Source of the DNA: Selaginella moellendorffii
Taxonomy: Eukaryota; Plantae; Lycopodiophyta
Reading direction: 5' to 3'
Length of the DNA stretch: 11,320 bases
Assembly: GCF_000143415.4 (NCBI RefSeq)
Contig: NW_003314266.1
Span: 126,993 to 138,312, forward strand
Every line of letters begins with the position of its first letter. The first letter of the stretch is position 1. The notes beneath the pieces are model-generated. The model was not told the origin of the DNA. It worked only from the letters and a program-made list of their open reading frames with translations, and searched no databases. Shown piece after piece: positions 8,053-11,320 of this stretch. A program made the translations under genes and the position numbers.

Positions 8053-9210
8053 TGTAAGGAACCGACTCCCCGAGATGTCGTAGGCTAAAGGATCCCCAAA
8101 AGTTTGACCGAAATGACAAAGAGTTCATCGGATGGGACCAAGTCGAGGATCGAGTCCAAGACCGACTCTAGGACCGAGTTCGAGATAGAGTCCGGAATCG
8201 AGTTCGAAACCGACTCGGGGACCGAGTGCGAGTCCGTTCGAGACCGAGTTCGAGACGGAGTCCGAGATCCGAAATCGGGTCCGAGACCGAGTCCGAAGTC
8301 GAGTCAGAGGTCGGGTCCGAGATTGGGTCCGAGATCGAGTCCGAGATCGAGTCCGAGACCGAATCCGAAGTCGGATCCGAAATTGGGTCCGAGATCGAGC
8401 CAGAGACTAAGTCCAAATACTAATACGGGTCAAGGGGTGAAAGCCCAAAGCGTGCGTCTCCCAGGGGGGGGGGGGCTGTAGGGGGTTCCAAAAGTATAGT
8501 AGGGATAGTGAGGTCCAGGAACTAGTCTTGAAGGAACTCTCCAGTGGTGCTTCCAAACTGACTTGAGGTTGAGACTGGGGCCAAGGGGCCTTGGGTGGGA
8601 GTGAGCATGGGCCTGAGTGGTGCCGGAGGGGCCACCCAGGGAAGTGCTCAAGAGCAGCTCCCACTCCCGAAAGGGAAACCGACTGTGGTGCTCCCGGCTC
8701 AGGTGGAGTGGTGCCCCACTTGAGTACCTTGTGGCTCATTGGTCCTCACCCTTCCTAGGGGCTTGGGCCTTCCCTTCAGGATGGAAGTGGGGGGGTAGAG
8801 GTACTCATACCGGGCCGTTAGGCCATGGTGTTTCGCCCCGACATCCCGAAGCAAGTGCTGCACCCAAGACTTGGGATTTAGAGGGTCCCATGATCAAGTC
8901 TTGTGGTACCAAGGGGTGTTAGGAATCTGGAGGCTTGGTGTGCTTGGCTGTTTGTGCCTGCGGGGAGTGTAGCTGAACCTTAAGTCCAGTCTAACCCGGG
9001 GAGGGGGATTGGGAGAGATTTGGGAATCCGTAAATGGATGGCTAACACTCCGTTGCTCGTGCAGTAAGTAGCTGAAACCAAGTAAGACCAAGTAGGAGCT
9101 GGTACCATAGGCGGGAACCTTGGCGAGGGAACTTAGCACAAGCCAAGGCAGAGTTGGTCGGATAGACGAGGTAAGCTGGCAAATTGGAAAGGAAAAATTT
9201 GTGGCTTACA
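8053..9210. mobile_element. Solo LTR of an LTR retrotransposon (1158 bp)
   Basis: A GC-rich block with sharp edges in very AT-rich DNA. It starts TGTAAG and ends CTTACA (6-bp terminal inverted repeat, TG...CA). The 5-bp flanks AAAAG (8048-8052) and AAAAA (9211-9215) fit a TSD with one mismatch. No adjacent PBS, PPT or gag/pol remnants. LRR-like remnants continue on both sides. Confidence 0.75.
8135..8415. repeat. Tandem array of about 23 degenerate 12-bp units (consensus CCGAGAYCGRGT, 6-bp subperiod) inside the LTR
   Basis: Example: ccgagaccgagt ccgaagtcgagt cagaggtcgggt ccgagattgggt ccgagatcgagt ccgagatcgagt (8281-8352). Units are more degenerate towards 8135. Confidence 0.9.
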
Positions 9211-11320
9211 AAAAATTTATAAATAAGTTTTCAATCGATTAAGGGTTTTAAGATATTTAAGGTTAAACATCTTTGGGTTTGAATAATATTAGGTTAAATT
9301 CAAAATAAATATCATTTTCTCCATTTGAATTGATTAATCTTTCAGAAGGTCTAAATTCAAGAATTTACATTTGGTATAAAGAGGTATCAAGTTTAACTCT
9401 GTTAATTGCTTAAGGAAATCACACCACATATTAAAATTAACATTTGATAGTCTAGTTTGCTCTAGTTGGGCTCAACCCGAGGGAACAAAGAAAATTGTTG
9501 CTAAGCAAATCAATGTTATAAAGACCTTTGCTTGTGTTAATTGTTATTAGTTTGTTATTAATTTAGCATTAAGTAAATAATAAAAAAAGCTATAACAAGA
9601 GAATCAACTTTGCTAGATATTGAGAAAGAACATACCTTTATTTGAGTATTACATGATTGCTACTTAGACACCCCCAAGATTTACAAAGTGTATATTTTAC
9701 TCCTAATCTAATTTTGCTAGCACCCAAATCAAATACAACCTCTTGACCTACTCTACTACAACATTGTGAGCAAGAAGAATACAGTACATAACCACAGAAA
9801 GGGAGTAGTTGCCAATGCATAGGTATTGACCTAAAACCTACTCAAACCACCCTAGGTGTTTCTTTATACATGTCTTTGATGCCCTTTTTAATATATAATG
9901 ATGATTTTAGTAATAAAAATTATGATTCGTCTCACAATAAGCATGACAAGTGAGCTCTTTAGGAAAGAGCAGAGGAATTATGGTCACAAGAGCTCAAGAC
10001 CCATTACTTCCTCAGTTTTGCAATGAATGCATCTTCTAGATTAACTAGTGTTTTCCATCCAATTTTGTTACAACTAGGCACTTGGGTTTGGAATAAGAAC
10101 CATAATAAGTGAGAAATTTGTTGAAGGCTTTCAAGAGCTTTTGAGTTCTTCCAGAATGACCATAGATTATGTGTTAAACTGCATCAATCTAGATTTAACT
10201 CAACAAGATATATTCAAAATGTAAATCTCTCTCTATGTTTTTTTTCACAGATTGATGCAAGTATATATTATGCAAGTTGTTGCTTGAATTTTTAAAATTA
10301 TAGCTTGCTATACAACCATGGTTAAAATTCAGTTTTTTTTAAACTAAATACAATTATATAACTTTTAATATGGTTTTGGAACACTATAAGGTAACCTTCT
10401 TCTTCAAAATAATTTATTCCATATTGCATATAACAACATTTGATTTTTAATAGTAGTGCTTTTCCAGTTTAGTATTATCAGTTGCTTAATGTGTAATTTA
10501 AGTTAAAATTCTTAAAGTTTTATTAGAAGAGAAGTGGATATTATAAATTATTCAGGATACATTTGTGGGCATAAAATTAAACCACATTTTTCTTCAATGA
10601 TTATATACTAATTTAATTATAAATTATAAATAAATCAGAAAATAAATAAATACTTTTTTAAAAAAATATTTAATAAGCTTAAAAACTACTTAATTTTGGG
10701 TCATTGGATTGAAGAAAACCCTAGTTTAGTTATTAAATCTGGTCCATTTATTTTGAAATGTGACATATTTTTATAATTAAATACTCTATAAAATTAGGCC
10801 TATAAGGTTTATAAATGTATATATATTTACATTTATATACATGTATTAGTAGGTAATACACTAAATATAGGACTATAGCATATAAATCATCTATTTGAGA
10901 CTAAATTTGATCTATTCATTTTTGTAAATAAGTAGGGGTTTAAACCCCAATTAATATACTGATTCTTATATCCTGGTGGAGGTGAGGGGCATTGTAATTT
11001 GTCCCTAAATGGCAAAGCATTTGAGCAGTGTTTTGTTCAATGTTTAAGATTGCGTTTTTATTTTAATTCCTTCGTTCTCTTTTAGATCTAGATCTTTATT
11101 AGTTTTTCTCTAAATTTAAGAATATAGTTATTATATCTATTCTTCTTTTTCAATCTTTATTACCTTTTCTTCTTTTGTTATGCCATATTGTCATTGATTA
11201 TTGAGTATCTCACTTATGACTACTAATGTTACTCCATTAGATCGAGCTTTTAGTGCTATGCACATTCATGTTCTGGTTATCCTTGGTGTATTGCCATTAC
11301 CAACTTCCATAGGATATAAT

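Larger units (their letters stand above)
7494..9820 (-). pseudogene. Heavily decayed extracellular-LRR (RLK/RLP-type) gene relic, split by a solo LTR and a microsatellite
   Basis: Minus-strand remnants appear in the expected order: signal-like FLWLCTVFFLLTML (~9800-9760), LRRNT-like CKSWGCLSSNHVIL (~9685-9644) followed by a gtatgt donor, LYNIDLLSNNF (~9525-9490), LKQLTELNL (~9414-9388), FNLKYLKTLN (~9267-9238), then across the LTR KLLNLDFLKNHIS (~7948-7910), NLIKLEL (~7606-7586) and SSIPTLLLGN (7523-7494). Many stops and indels; boundaries are approximate. Confidence 0.55.

Noticed and set aside
8104-8481. Repetitive ORFs (ESET/PRSS/SDS-rich) or a CRISPR-like array
   Set aside because: Products of a contiguous 12-bp tandem repeat lacking stop codons. 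There are no unique spacers, and the context is eukaryotic.
8407-9139. ORFs inside the LTR as gag/pol or transposase
   Set aside because: No zinc-knuckle, protease, RT, integrase or DDE motifs. Consistent with GC-rich chance ORFs.
7893-9370. Similar ~20-50 bp sequences flanking the LTR as a long TSD or element ends
   Set aside because: They lie more than 100 nt from the termini and are better explained as two LRR-coding units of the interrupted relic.
10716-10724. Telo-box-like AAACCCTAG
   Set aside because: Isolated motif in AT-rich DNA with no associated gene in the window.
1-11320. tRNA, rRNA, snoRNA or miRNA genes
   Set aside because: No cloverleaf, rRNA similarity, convincing box motifs or long non-repeat hairpin seen by eye. 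An Infernal/Rfam search would be needed to exclude them.

Overview
Eukaryotic, land-plant genomic DNA with very short GT-AG introns (48-73 nt). This is suggestive of a compact genome such as Selaginella, but that is inference only. 1-1713 (-) holds the 5' part of an intact but divergent eEF2 gene (5 exons visible, running off the window start), with a telo-box and an E2F-like site upstream. 1.9-9.8 kb is mostly decayed minus-strand gene material: an unrecognised coding-like region, an F-box/LRR pseudogene whose 5' end is joined to two germin-like fragments in reversed order, an alpha/beta-hydrolase pseudogene exon, and an eroded LRR-RLK/RLP relic. The relic is interrupted by a (CT)9(GT)13(GA)17 microsatellite and a 1158-bp GC-rich solo LTR (TGTAAG...CTTACA, near-TSD AAAAG/AAAAA) that carries a 12-bp tandem array. 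The only other apparently intact gene is a two-exon, 247-aa multi-pass membrane protein (+, 4969-5766) that I cannot assign to a family. 10.3-11.3 kb is AT-rich intergenic DNA. No new biological system can be demonstrated from sequence alone. The best leads are the unassigned membrane gene, the germin/F-box chimera within a co-oriented fragment cluster, and the divergent eEF2.
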